DNA from: an uncultured Candidatus Binatia bacterium
GTDB lineage: Bacteria; Desulfobacterota; Binatia; UBA9968; JAJDTQ01
Direction: 5' to 3'
NCBI GenBank assembly: GCA_964291295.2
Contig: OZ219754.1
Span: 2,880,001-2,944,000 of the forward strand
Length of the DNA stretch: 64,000 nt
Both the position numbers and the translations under genes were made by a program. The notes beneath the pieces are model-generated. The model worked only from the letters and a program-made list of their open reading frames with translations, was not told where the DNA came from and searched no databases. Positions 37,554 to 50,061 of the stretch are shown one piece after another; position 1 is the stretch's first letter; each line of letters starts with the position of its first letter.

Positions 37554-40206
37554 CTTTCGGCTCCAATTCGCGATGGAGGCCATCGCTCAAGGCCTTGAGG
37601 CGCCCGCTGTCGAATACCTTCCCGCCCTCCTCGTCGGCGACATAGAAGACGTCCGCCACCCGGTCGACGTCGGTGGATATCTTGGCCAGATGAATGGCGA
37701 AGCCCAGTCTCGAGAGCAGGTAGGTGATGGTGAAGAGAACCCCCGGCCGATCCTGGGCGTAGACCTCGACCACGGTGAAGTCATCCGACGCGGCATTGTC
37801 CCAGCGAACATGGACGGACGCCTTCGGTGCGGGCCTGCGCCACCACGAAGGCCGTGACCGACCCACCCGCTCGGCCACATCCACCTTGCCCTTCAGAACC
37901 TGTTCCAGCAAGAGCTCCATGCGCGACCACTTCCCCGCATTCATGACCACCTCGGCCCTGCCCTGATGCGAGATCCGGAAGACGTCGAGAATGAGTCCGT
38001 CCCCGCGGGTATTGATGCGCGCGCTCAGCACGTTGAGTTCCATGGCGGCGAAGACGCCGGCGATGGCGGCGAACAGGCCGGGTTGGTCGCGCGCGCAGAT
38101 GGCGACCTCGCTGTGACCATGCTCGGGACGATGGCGCACCGCCGCCAGAAACGGCTCGTCACGGAGACGCCGCAACAGGCAGTAATGAAGCGGCATGTCT
38201 TCCTCCGGGGTGGTGAGGAAGTAGCGTTTGGGCATGGCTTCGACAAAATCCCGCCGCACCTCGCCGGCGGGATGCGCCGCACCGAGCTGCGCCAGCAGCC
38301 TCTCCTGTATGCGGCGCACTTTCAGATCCTGGTCCGGCCTCGTGTACTCACCCTTTTCGCGCTCTTCCAGAACCTCCAGCGTATGGTTGAAGAGTTCTTC
38401 CAGCAACGACCCCTTCCAATTATTCCACACGTCGGGCCCTACCGCCTTCATGTCCGCGTAGGTCAGGACGTAGAGGGACTTGAGGTTTTCCGCCGTACCC
38501 ATGGTGCCGGCCAGGTCCAGCACGGTCTTTTCGTCCCGGATGTCGCGGCGAAAGGCCGTGCCGGTAAGCGACAGATGGTGGAGCACGAGAAAAGCCAGCC
38601 GTTCCCGCTCGTCGACGTTGAGGCCCATGCGCCCGGCCACCTGCAGCGCCAGGACACGTCCCAACTCCGAGTGGCCGCCGCCCTGACCCTTGCCGATGTC
38701 GTGGAAGAGGATGCCCAGGATCACGATCTCCGGCCGTTCCACCTCCCGGGCCAGCTGTGACAGACGCGGCAGCGAGTCCTCGAACTCTCCCGACCGCAGG
38801 CGCTCGAACTCCCTGACCGCCCGCATCAGATGCTGGTCCACCGTGTAGATGTGGTACAGATCGTGCAGCGCCATGCAGTGGACCCGGCCGAACTCCGGTA
38901 TCAGGGCGTCCAGCACCCCGGCGCGATGCATCTCCTGCAGGGTCTCGTATATCCATTGGTTGCCGCGCAGGATGTCGAGGAACCCGCGGTTGGCCGCGGC
39001 CGATTCCGCCAGGCTACCCGCCAGGGTCTCGACCCAGGATCGGACCACCTCCCGGGAGTCCTCCCCCAGGTGCAGCCGGTGCTCCTGCAGGTCGGCAAAG
39101 AGAGCCAGGAGTTCCTCGGGACGACCGCGCATGCCGGGGGCCACCGCCAGGGCCCGGCCGGTGATGCGCACGCCGGGGCGCCCGGGCCGGGGCCGGGAGG
39201 GATCATGCTCCACCGCGCGGTGGATGACCAGCGACGACAGCCGGCTGACCTCCTGCGCGTGCCGGTAATAGGCGCGCATGAAGGTCTCCACCTGGCTCAA
39301 CGGCCCCTCCGCGTCGAAACCCAGCCCCCGCGCCGCCTGCTCCTGGGACTCGAAGGTCAGCCGGTCCTGATGCCGGCCCGCCAGGAAATGGAGCTCGTTG
39401 CGCGTGCGCCAGAGAAAGTCCCGCCCCCGTTCCAGGGCCGCCGTGTCCCGGGGCTCCAGCAGCCCCGTCCGCGGCAGGTCCGGGAGTCGGACGGCGCCGC
39501 ACTTGGCCCGGGCGACCCACATGGCCGCATGGATGTCGCGGAGACCCCCCTGCCCCTCCTTGACATCGGGTTCCAGCAGGAAGACGGACTCGCCGTGGCG
39601 CCGGTGCCGCTGACCGCGTTCGCTGACCTTGGCCGCCACGAACCGGTCGCGGCCGCTTCCGCCCAGCTGCCGCCGCACCACCTGCTCCAGTTCCGCAAAC
39701 AACTCCCTGTCGCCGCAGAGGTAACGCGCGTCCATCAGGGCGGTGCGGACAACCGGGTCGCGCCGGGCGTGGCGCGCGCACTCCGGCACCGTGCGGGTGG
39801 CGTGGCCCACGGTCAGACCCGCGTCCCACAGCGGATAGAGCAGGCGCCGGGCGACGAGCTCCACATGAGAGGCGGCCCGCCTGCCGTAAAGGAACAGAAG
39901 GTCGATGTCCGACCAGGGATTGAGCTCCCCGCGTCCGTAGCCTCCCTGGGCCACCACCGCGCAGCGTCCCGGCGTTGGCCCGGCTTCTCGCTCCGCCGCC
40001 TCGAACAGGCACCGCAAGACGCTATCGATCATCCCGCCGTGCGCCCGCACCACCGCCGCTCCCGACGCTCCGGAGCGATGGGACTCCAGCAGCAGCCGGC
40101 GCCCTTGGTGGAGAAAGGCGCGGACACCCTCTGCCGGAGGCGCACCCCGGACCTGCGCGTCCGCGAACTCGCACCAGAGCGCGTCCCCTAGCGCGGTTCC
40201 TTGCAT
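37525..40206 (-). CDS. glnD: [Protein-PII] uridylyltransferase
   Basis: GGYGRGEL..WSDIDLL, VKEGQGGLRD, YHIYTVDQH, HDIGKG, two ACT domains. Confidence 0.95.
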   Translation of the reverse strand: MQGTALGDALWCEFADAQVRGAPPAEGVRAFLHQGRRLLLESHRSGASGAAVVRAHGGMIDSVLRCLFEAAEREAGPTPGRCAVVAQGGYGRGELNPWSDIDLLFLYGRRAASHVELVARRLLYPLWDAGLTVGHATRTVPECARHARRDPVVRTALMDARYLCGDRELFAELEQVVRRQLGGSGRDRFVAAKVSERGQRHRRHGESVFLLEPDVKEGQGGLRDIHAAMWVARAKCGAVRLPDLPRTGLLEPRDTAALERGRDFLWRTRNELHFLAGRHQDRLTFESQEQAARGLGFDAEGPLSQVETFMRAYYRHAQEVSRLSSLVIHRAVEHDPSRPRPGRPGVRITGRALAVAPGMRGRPEELLALFADLQEHRLHLGEDSREVVRSWVETLAGSLAESAAANRGFLDILRGNQWIYETLQEMHRAGVLDALIPEFGRVHCMALHDLYHIYTVDQHLMRAVREFERLRSGEFEDSLPRLSQLAREVERPEIVILGILFHDIGKGQGGGHSELGRVLALQVAGRMGLNVDERERLAFLVLHHLSLTGTAFRRDIRDEKTVLDLAGTMGTAENLKSLYVLTYADMKAVGPDVWNNWKGSLLEELFNHTLEVLEEREKGEYTRPDQDLKVRRIQERLLAQLGAAHPAGEVRRDFVEAMPKRYFLTTPEEDMPLHYCLLRRLRDEPFLAAVRHRPEHGHSEVAICARDQPGLFAAIAGVFAAMELNVLSARINTRGDGLILDVFRISHQGRAEVVMNAGKWSRMELLLEQVLKGKVDVAERVGRSRPSWWRRPAPKASVHVRWDNAASDDFTVVEVYAQDRPGVLFTITYLLSRLGFAIHLAKISTDVDRVADVFYVADEEGGKVFDSGRLKALSDGLHRELEPKDDGRDDAAG

Positions 40207-41360
40207 TTCCCCTCCAGCGGCCGCAGCGGGCGGTCTCCCATCGTCCACGCCGCATCGGCGTAGTGCGTGATGCCGCGGAGCAGCCCCTCGGCGATGGCCC
40301 CCTGGAAGTCCGCGCGTTGCAGTGCCCGCGCCTCGCGGCGGTTGCTGACGAAGAACAACTCCGCCAGCGCCGCCGGCATTCGCGCCCCCATCAGCACATG
40401 GAACAGACCCTGCTTCGCTCCCAGGCTCCTGGCGCGCGGATACTGCGTCCGGGTCTTCCGCACCAGCGAGGACTGCAGGTCGCAAGCCAGTTTCCTGGAA
40501 TGGTCAAGGTACGCTTTCAGCTTGAGGTCGCTCAGCGTGATCTGCAGATCCATATCCTGGTCCGTCAGATGCCGGCGCGCGGTTCCGTTCTCCCGCGCGG
40601 CCAGCTTCTCGGCGGTTTCGTTCGTGGGTTTGCCCAGGTAGTATGTCTCCAGCCCGCCGGTGCGCCGATTGTGGCTGGCATTGGCGTGGATGGAAAGGAA
40701 CAGGTCGGCCTTCTCGGCGTTGGCCATGGCCGTGCGTGCCCTGAGCGGAATGAAGACATCCGCGTTTCGGGTAAGCAGCACATCCACCCCCATCCGGCGG
40801 CGGAGCTTCGGCGCCAGCTTCCTGGCCACCTCCAGCACCACATCCTTTTCCTTGAGGCCGCCCGCACCGACGGCGCCGGGATCCTTGCCGCCGTGTCCCG
40901 GGTCCAGCACGACCCTGCGAACCGCCAGTTCGCCGTTGATCTTCACCCCGCTCCGGGGCACCACGTCCACCATCACCCGGTGGGGATTCGACAACCGCAC
41001 CGCTTCGTGGCTGCCGGGGCGCTTGAGGTCGAGGGTGGCGCGCGCGACATCGGCCTTGAACTGGCCCAGCCGGACCCGGCGCACCAGAGGCCCCCCGACG
41101 TTGACGCTGCGCCGCCGGGTGCCCAGGCGGACCCCCTTGAAATCCAGATAGATGCGCGGCGGCAGCCCCTTCGCCGGAACCGCATCCAGGACATGACTCG
41201 TGAGTTTCACCCGGCCGGTCAGATCGAGAATCACCCGCGTATAGTTGGATGCGGGAAGAGACCGCACCCCGGTGAGGCGCACCGCGGGCGCCGCGGCCTG
41301 GACCTCCAACGCCGCGCCCGCGGCCCACGATGCAAGCAGCGCTGCCAGCAGAGGCGCCAA
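40188..41360 (-). CDS. amiC: N-acetylmuramoyl-L-alanine amidase with AMIN domains
   Basis: Signal peptide; VVLDPGHGGKDPGA, EKD, LFLSIHANAS. Confidence 0.9.
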   Translation of the reverse strand: MAPLLAALLASWAAGAALEVQAAAPAVRLTGVRSLPASNYTRVILDLTGRVKLTSHVLDAVPAKGLPPRIYLDFKGVRLGTRRRSVNVGGPLVRRVRLGQFKADVARATLDLKRPGSHEAVRLSNPHRVMVDVVPRSGVKINGELAVRRVVLDPGHGGKDPGAVGAGGLKEKDVVLEVARKLAPKLRRRMGVDVLLTRNADVFIPLRARTAMANAEKADLFLSIHANASHNRRTGGLETYYLGKPTNETAEKLAARENGTARRHLTDQDMDLQITLSDLKLKAYLDHSRKLACDLQSSLVRKTRTQYPRARSLGAKQGLFHVLMGARMPAALAELFFVSNRREARALQRADFQGAIAEGLLRGITHYADAAWTMGDRPLRPLEGKCKEPR

Positions 41361-43958
<2,598 letters not shown>

Positions 43959-44023
43959 GTCATGCCTTGAGCGAGCATGGGATGCGGCGCCGGACGTCCG
44001 AGGCGGTTCGCCTGCGGTGTACG

Positions 44024-45616
44024 CTACACCTTGCGCCGCTGGCCCAGCAGATAGTCCACAAGCAGGTACTGTCCCAGACGGTCGGGTCGGGTATAGAAGG
44101 CACGCCCCTTGTTGAGGCGGGTCATCTCGTCCACGAAACCCTTCAGCACCGGACTGTCGTCCAGCATGAAGGTGTTGATGGTGATGCCCCGCCGGGTGAC
44201 CCGTTTCGCCTCCTTGAGGGTCTCCTCGGCCGCGCGCTGACTGATGCCGCCGAAGCTCAGCGGCCATTCGCAATAGAGCCGCCCCTGACGGCAGTAGGCC
44301 GTGGGCTGGCCGTCGGTGATGACGATGATCTGCTGATTGCGGGTCGAGTTCCGTTTCTTCAACAGGTCGATGGCGAGGTGGAGTCCATCCTGGAGGTTCG
44401 TGAAGGGGTCTCCCATGTTCCACGTCGCTTCCGGCAGATCCTTCGCCTTCAGTTCCACCGCCCGGGTGAAGAAACCGACGATGCCGAAATAGTCCTGGGG
44501 ATACCTGGAGCGGCACAGGGACTCCATGGCCAGAGCCACCTTCTTGGCCGCGGCGAACCGGCCGTCCCAGCTCATGGACCAGCTCATGTCCAGCAGCAGA
44601 ACCGTGGCGGCGCGGGTCGAGTACTGAGAGTCGAAGACCCTGAAGTCGCCCGGGTCGAGGCTCAACGGCAGCTTCGCCTCGCGCCGCAAGGCGGCTCGCA
44701 TCGTCTCGTTGAGATTCAGATTGAGGGAATCGCCGGACATGTAGGGCCTGCTCGACTCGGGCACGACCTCCCGGGAGCCGGGCCGGTCCATCTGATGCCG
44801 GCCGGCGGCGTCGCGGCCGAGCTGCCGGTAGATGTCCCGCAGTGCGATCTGACCGATCCGCCGGACGCCCCGCGGCGTCAACTCGAAGTGGTCGCCCTTG
44901 TCGGCGACATAACCGCCGTCCTCAAGGGACGACTCCAGCCGCAGGATCCCCTCGTAGTCCTCCCGCGCCTGCGCCCCCAGCAGGCTGTTCAGGAGGTCCA
45001 TGTTCACATCCCTGAGCTGACCGCCGGAAAGCTGACCCTCCAGACTCTGCAGCCTCTCCATCCGCTCCTGGAGTTCCGAGGCCTCCTCGAAGTTCAACGA
45101 TTCCTGACCCCTGAACAGGTTTCCCTCACGTCGAACATAGTTTTCGAGCCGGCGAATCCTGTCCAGCTGGGAGAGTATCTCCTCGAAATCCCTCTTTGCC
45201 TCCGGGTTCTCGAAATCGTAACCCGCCAACCGCTCGATGGCCTCGCTCAGACGGGGTGGAAGGTGCTGGAGGAACTCGTCCTTCTTCTCCGCCTGCACCC
45301 GGTCCGGGTGTTGCTGCAAGGTCTTGCGCTCGCTGGCGACCAGCTCCTGAAGCTTCTGCTGGACCTCGTCGAGTGCCGAGCGGATCTGGTACTGCTCGTA
45401 AATCCGCCGCTTTTCCCGGGCCACCTGCGACAGCAGGTCTTCGAGCCCGGCGATGCGCTCTTCGTCCTCTCCCATGCCGCGCTGCATCAGGCGGCGCATG
45501 GATTGTTGCAGATCCCCCGTCTCGTCAAGGTGTTCGTTCAATTGGTCGAACACCTCGTCCGGGCGCATGGACCTGTCCTGGATTCCGTTCCAGCGGCTGT
45601 AGCGAGCTTGGGTCAT
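44024..45616 (-). CDS. VWA domain protein (partner of AAA+ ATPase)
   Basis: MIDAS DMSWSM, TNLQDGL, ITDGQPT; N-terminal YSRWNG; helical middle region. Confidence 0.88.
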   Translation of the reverse strand: MTQARYSRWNGIQDRSMRPDEVFDQLNEHLDETGDLQQSMRRLMQRGMGEDEERIAGLEDLLSQVAREKRRIYEQYQIRSALDEVQQKLQELVASERKTLQQHPDRVQAEKKDEFLQHLPPRLSEAIERLAGYDFENPEAKRDFEEILSQLDRIRRLENYVRREGNLFRGQESLNFEEASELQERMERLQSLEGQLSGGQLRDVNMDLLNSLLGAQAREDYEGILRLESSLEDGGYVADKGDHFELTPRGVRRIGQIALRDIYRQLGRDAAGRHQMDRPGSREVVPESSRPYMSGDSLNLNLNETMRAALRREAKLPLSLDPGDFRVFDSQYSTRAATVLLLDMSWSMSWDGRFAAAKKVALAMESLCRSRYPQDYFGIVGFFTRAVELKAKDLPEATWNMGDPFTNLQDGLHLAIDLLKKRNSTRNQQIIVITDGQPTAYCRQGRLYCEWPLSFGGISQRAAEETLKEAKRVTRRGITINTFMLDDSPVLKGFVDEMTRLNKGRAFYTRPDRLGQYLLVDYLLGQRRKV

Positions 45617-45700
45617 GACCCGTGAAACGCGGTCGCCCGCTCCGGTGCGTACTTGGGCCCGAGCCGGCCCGAGAGCCCCCTCAAATGGCTTTCGGGGGGA

Positions 45701-47098
45701 TCACTTTCCGTAAGTGATTCGGCCACCTGTGGCTTCCTTGTTGAGCTTCTGGTGGAGATGCAGGCCTTCCAGCACCAACTCGGTGGCGGAGGCCAGGAAG
45801 CCGGGTGAATCCACGTCGCCCAGGGAACGGACGGCTTCCTGCAGACCCGGTATCTCCTTGATTCCCTCAAGGTAGTCCTCCGAGCGCATCTCATCGGAAA
45901 CCTCCACGCCCCAGCCCGCATTGAAATACTCCACGACGCTCTGGAGCGCGTTGACGTCGATGCGGGTGTCGAAGGTCTTGAGTATCGCGCGGTTCAACAG
46001 CCGCTCGATCAGTTCTTCCTCGTTCTTGTCCTCACCCACGTATTCCACCTCGATCTTTCCGCAGGTGGAGGGAAGCACCGCGTGGAGATCGCTCACCCGC
46101 GGCACGATGTCGGTCTCGCCCAACCGCAACGCCCGCTTCTCGGCGTTGCTGATCATGCTCTCGTAGTTGTTGATGCTGACCCGCACGCTGACGCCGGACG
46201 ACTGGTTTATCTCGCTCGAGTTGCGTGCCTCGAAAGTCAGTTGGCCAAGGACCTCCTTCATGAACTCCGGAATCGTCACCGCGTGGCTGCGGTGGTCCAG
46301 CGACGCCGACTCCTGCTCCATGATATCGATCTCGTGCTCCACCTCGCGGGGATAGTGGGTCCTGATCTGCACGTCGAAGCGGTCCTTCAAGGGAGTGATG
46401 ATACGGCCGCGGCTGGTGTAGTCCTCGGGGTTCGCGCTGGCCACGATGACCACATCAAGGGGAAGACGGACCTTGTACCCCTTGATCTGGACATCCTTCT
46501 CCTCCATCAGATTGAAAAGCCCGACCTGCACCTTTTCCGTCAGGTCCGGCAGCTCGTTGACGGCGAACACACCCCGGTTGGTGCGGGGAATCAGACCGTA
46601 GTGGATGGTCTCCTCGTCGGCCAGATAACGCCCCTCCGCCACCTTGATGGGATCGATCTCGCCAATGAGATCCGCTATGGAGACGTCCGGGGTCGCCAGC
46701 TTTTCGCCGTATCGTTGCTCCCGGCCGATCCACTCCACCTCCAGGTCGTCGCCTTTCTCGACCAGACGACGCCGGCACGGAGCGCAGATCACGCGGAACG
46801 GATCGCAGTTGACCTCGCAATCCTTCACCCTGGGAATCTTCTCGTCCAACAACATCGTGAGCCCGCGGATGATGCGCGACTTGGCCTGGCCCCGCTCCCC
46901 CAGAAAGACCATGTGGTGACCCGACAGGATCGCGTTCTCGATCTCCGGAATCACCGTCTCGTCGTAACCCACGATGCCCGGCAGGATCCGTTCCCCGGAC
47001 TTCAGAAGAGCCGTGAGATTGTTGCGCATCTCGTCGCGCACGGAGCGCACGACGATTCCGCTGCTTCGCAGTTCGCCCAGGGTGTTGATGGACTCCAC
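45701..47098 (-). CDS. Mg-chelatase subunit I-like AAA+ ATPase
   Basis: GERGQAKS Walker A, EKLATPD, NELPDL, SANPEDYTSRGRIITPLKDR; GTG start with GGAGGT RBS. Confidence 0.88.
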   Translation of the reverse strand: MESINTLGELRSSGIVVRSVRDEMRNNLTALLKSGERILPGIVGYDETVIPEIENAILSGHHMVFLGERGQAKSRIIRGLTMLLDEKIPRVKDCEVNCDPFRVICAPCRRRLVEKGDDLEVEWIGREQRYGEKLATPDVSIADLIGEIDPIKVAEGRYLADEETIHYGLIPRTNRGVFAVNELPDLTEKVQVGLFNLMEEKDVQIKGYKVRLPLDVVIVASANPEDYTSRGRIITPLKDRFDVQIRTHYPREVEHEIDIMEQESASLDHRSHAVTIPEFMKEVLGQLTFEARNSSEINQSSGVSVRVSINNYESMISNAEKRALRLGETDIVPRVSDLHAVLPSTCGKIEVEYVGEDKNEEELIERLLNRAILKTFDTRIDVNALQSVVEYFNAGWGVEVSDEMRSEDYLEGIKEIPGLQEAVRSLGDVDSPGFLASATELVLEGLHLHQKLNKEATGGRITYGK

Positions 47099-47150
47099 GC
47101 CTATACCTCCCGCCAAGCCCTTTGATCCCATGGCTGTCCTGCCCGGAGCC

Positions 47151-47450
47151 TCACCCATCCTCGGCGGCCAGGCCCTGGTTGACCCGCAGGCGAAGCTCCT
47201 TGCCGACCTTGAAAAAAGGAACTCTCTTGGAGGACACGGACACGGTCTCGCCGGTCTTGGGGTTGCGGCCGTCCCGCGCCCGCCGGTGCTTGACCACGAA
47301 ACTGCCGAAACCCCGGATCTCGATACGCTCCTCCCGCTGCAGGGCGGCGACCAGGGAATCGAAGACGGTGTGGATGATCACCTCCGCATCAAGACGCGAC
47401 AGGTGGGGAAACCGGTCGTTGATTTCTTCGATCAGGTCTCGCTTTGTCAT
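47151..47450 (-). CDS. ihfB: Integration host factor subunit beta
   Basis: MTKRDLI, IEIRGFGSF, GRNPKTG, FFKVGKELR; follows rpsA. Confidence 0.93.
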   Translation of the reverse strand: MTKRDLIEEINDRFPHLSRLDAEVIIHTVFDSLVAALQREERIEIRGFGSFVVKHRRARDGRNPKTGETVSVSSKRVPFFKVGKELRLRVNQGLAAEDG

Positions 47451-47482
47451 GCAGTTCCCCGACACGCCGGGTCCGCGGCAAC

Positions 47483-49366
47483 CTAGGCCTTGTCCTTCTC
47501 GCGGTCCTGCGTGTCGGTCTCCGGGCGCGCTTCCCGGTCCAGCTTCAGTTCCTCATTCAGGATGGTCTCGAAAGAGAACCGGCCGGCCTCCTTTTCCCGC
47601 TCCAGATAGGTCTCCAGCTCCTCCCGTTCCTCCGACTTCTTGAGTGCCCGTATGCTGAGCCCGATCTTGTGTTCCTGAAGGTCGATGTTGACCACTTCGG
47701 CCTCCACCATGTCGCCCACCTGGTAGAGGCTCGATGGCTTGTCCACGTGCTCGGTGCTGAGTTGCGAGACATGGATCAGCCCTTCCACACCCTCGGCCAC
47801 GCGTACGAACAATCCGAAGTCGAGAACCCGGACGACCGGGCCGGTGACCCGGGAACCGGGCGGGTGTTCCTTGACCACGCGCTCCCAGGGGTCCAGGGTC
47901 AGCTGCTTCACTCCCAGCGAGAACCGCTCCACCTGCGGGTCGACGCCCAGCACCTTGGCCTCGACGACATCCCCCTTCTTGTAGAGTTCGGAGGGGTGCT
48001 TGATCTTCCTGGTCCAGTCCAGATCGGAAATGTGCACCAGCCCGTCGATGCCCTCTTCGATTCCGACGAAGACCCCGAAGTCCGTGATGTTCCGCACCGG
48101 ACCCTTGACGACGCTGCCCTCGGGATACTTCTCCTTCGCCAGGAACCATGGGTTCGGCAGCACCTGCCTCAGGCCCAGCGAGATGCGCCGGCGCCCCGGG
48201 TCCACGTTCAGGACCATGGCCTCCACGGTCTCTCCCACCTGGACCACCTTGGAGGGATGCGAGAGCTTCTTTGCCCAGGACATCTCCGACACGTGGATCA
48301 ATCCCTCCACCCCCTTCTCCAGCTCCACGAACGCGCCATAGTCGGTCAGCCCCACCACCTTGCCCGTGATCTTCGAATCGACCGGATACCGTTCCGACAC
48401 CGACTCCCAGGGATCCGGCGTGATCTGCTTCATTCCCAGGGAGATGCGCTCCCTGTCCTTGTCGAACTTGAGTACCACCACACGGAGAGTCTCACCCAGA
48501 CTCAACATGTCGCTCGGATGGTTGACGCGGCCCCACGACATGTCGGTGATGTGCAGGATGCCGTCGATGCCGCCGACGTCCACGAACGCCCCGTAATCGG
48601 TGATGTTCTTGACCACCCCCTCGAGAATGACCCCCTCTTCGAGAACCGCGAGGGTTTCCTTCTTGAGCACCTCCCGCTCCTTCTCGAGCAGCACCTTGCG
48701 CGACACCACCACGTTGTCGCGCATCCGGTTGTACTTGAGAATCGTGAAGCGGTCCCGCTTGCCCACGAACTGGTCGAGATTTCGGGTGGGCCGAATGTCC
48801 ACATGGGAGCCGGGAAGAAAACCGTCGACTCCGACGTCCACCTTGAAGCCGCCCTTGACCCGGGCGACGATGGTCCCCTCAATGGGCGTCATCTGCTCGT
48901 GCGCCTTCTCGATCCCGTCCCACACCTTGATGCTCTCGGCCTTCTGGCGCGACAGCACGATCTCGCCCCGATCCCCTTCGGGCGATTCGAAGAAGACGTC
49001 CACATCGTCGCCGAGCCCCACCCGGAGCTTTCCTTCGCGATCCTGGAACTCCTGAACCGGAATGCGGCCCTCGGTCTTGTAGCCCACGTCCACGACCACG
49101 TGGGTCGGGTTGATGTCAACGACCTTGCCGTTGACCACCCCCCCCGGCTTCACCGTCTGCAGACTCTTCTCGAACAGGGACTCGAAATCGTCCTCGGCAA
49201 CCGGATCCTGCTGGTCCCGCGGAGGCTCCCGGACCTCGGCGGTTTCCCGGACCTCAGCGGTTTCGTGGACCTCAGCGGTTTCGTGGACCTCGGCGGTCTC
49301 CCGAGCCTCCTGAGTCGCCTGGACCTGCGCCGTCTCCCCGCTCTTGTTTCCCTCGCCTTCCGTCAT
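47483..49366 (-). CDS. rpsA: 30S ribosomal protein S1
   Basis: Multiple S1 repeats (VKNITDYGAFVD, GLIHVSEMSW, DGLVHISDL). Confidence 0.97.
   Translation of the reverse strand: MTEGEGNKSGETAQVQATQEARETAEVHETAEVHETAEVRETAEVREPPRDQQDPVAEDDFESLFEKSLQTVKPGGVVNGKVVDINPTHVVVDVGYKTEGRIPVQEFQDREGKLRVGLGDDVDVFFESPEGDRGEIVLSRQKAESIKVWDGIEKAHEQMTPIEGTIVARVKGGFKVDVGVDGFLPGSHVDIRPTRNLDQFVGKRDRFTILKYNRMRDNVVVSRKVLLEKEREVLKKETLAVLEEGVILEGVVKNITDYGAFVDVGGIDGILHITDMSWGRVNHPSDMLSLGETLRVVVLKFDKDRERISLGMKQITPDPWESVSERYPVDSKITGKVVGLTDYGAFVELEKGVEGLIHVSEMSWAKKLSHPSKVVQVGETVEAMVLNVDPGRRRISLGLRQVLPNPWFLAKEKYPEGSVVKGPVRNITDFGVFVGIEEGIDGLVHISDLDWTRKIKHPSELYKKGDVVEAKVLGVDPQVERFSLGVKQLTLDPWERVVKEHPPGSRVTGPVVRVLDFGLFVRVAEGVEGLIHVSQLSTEHVDKPSSLYQVGDMVEAEVVNIDLQEHKIGLSIRALKKSEEREELETYLEREKEAGRFSFETILNEELKLDREARPETDTQDREKDKA
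49227..49302 (-). repeat. 18-bp in-frame tandem repeat (4 units) in rpsA N-terminus
   Basis: Encodes ETAEVH-ETAEVH-ETAEVR-ETAEVR. Confidence 0.9.
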
Positions 49367-49384
49367 GAAACAGTTCTCCCATTC

Positions 49385-50050
49385 TCATTGGATTTCCTCA
49401 TTGGATTTCGCGTTCACTTGATCCAGTATCTTCTCGACCACGGTCGCCGCCGACAGCCGGGTGGAGTCGATGAGCACCGCATCCTCCGCCTTGCGCAAGG
49501 GCGCCAAGGAGCGCTCCCGATCCCGCCGGTCCCTGCGCATGACGTCGGCCAGCGTCTGCTCCAGCGTCAGCCCCGGATCCTTTCCGGCCATCTCCCTGAA
49601 ACGCCTGCGGGCGCGCGTTTCCGGTGAGGCGTCCAGGTAGACTTTCACCTCGGCGTCGGGGAATATCACGGTACCCATGTCGCGACCCTCGGCGACCACG
49701 CAGCCGCTGCGGCCCATGGAACGCTGCAAGTCGGCCATCCGCCGCCTGACGATGCCCATGCCCGAGACCCGGGACGCCATCTGCCCGACCTCGGGCGTAC
49801 GGATCGCGCCGCTCACGTCCGTACCGTCCAGCAGCACCGCTTCGCCGGCGCCAAGGTCCACGTCGGTACTTTCCAGAATCCCTTCCAGATCGTTCTCGTC
49901 GTCCGGGTCCGCTCCGCGGCACAGGACTTTCCATGCCAGTGCGCGGTACATGGCCCCGGTATCGATATAACGATATCCGAGACGCTCCGCCACGGCCCTG
50001 GCTACCGTACTCTTGCCGGCGCCGGCCGGACCGTCGATGGCCACGATCAA
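49385..50050 (-). CDS. cmk: Cytidylate kinase
   Basis: AIDGPAGAGKST, IDTGAMYR, EGRDMGTVIFPDA. Confidence 0.97.
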   Translation of the reverse strand: MIVAIDGPAGAGKSTVARAVAERLGYRYIDTGAMYRALAWKVLCRGADPDDENDLEGILESTDVDLGAGEAVLLDGTDVSGAIRTPEVGQMASRVSGMGIVRRRMADLQRSMGRSGCVVAEGRDMGTVIFPDAEVKVYLDASPETRARRRFREMAGKDPGLTLEQTLADVMRRDRRDRERSLAPLRKAEDAVLIDSTRLSAATVVEKILDQVNAKSNEEIQ

Positions 50051-50061
50051 CTATCCTATCC

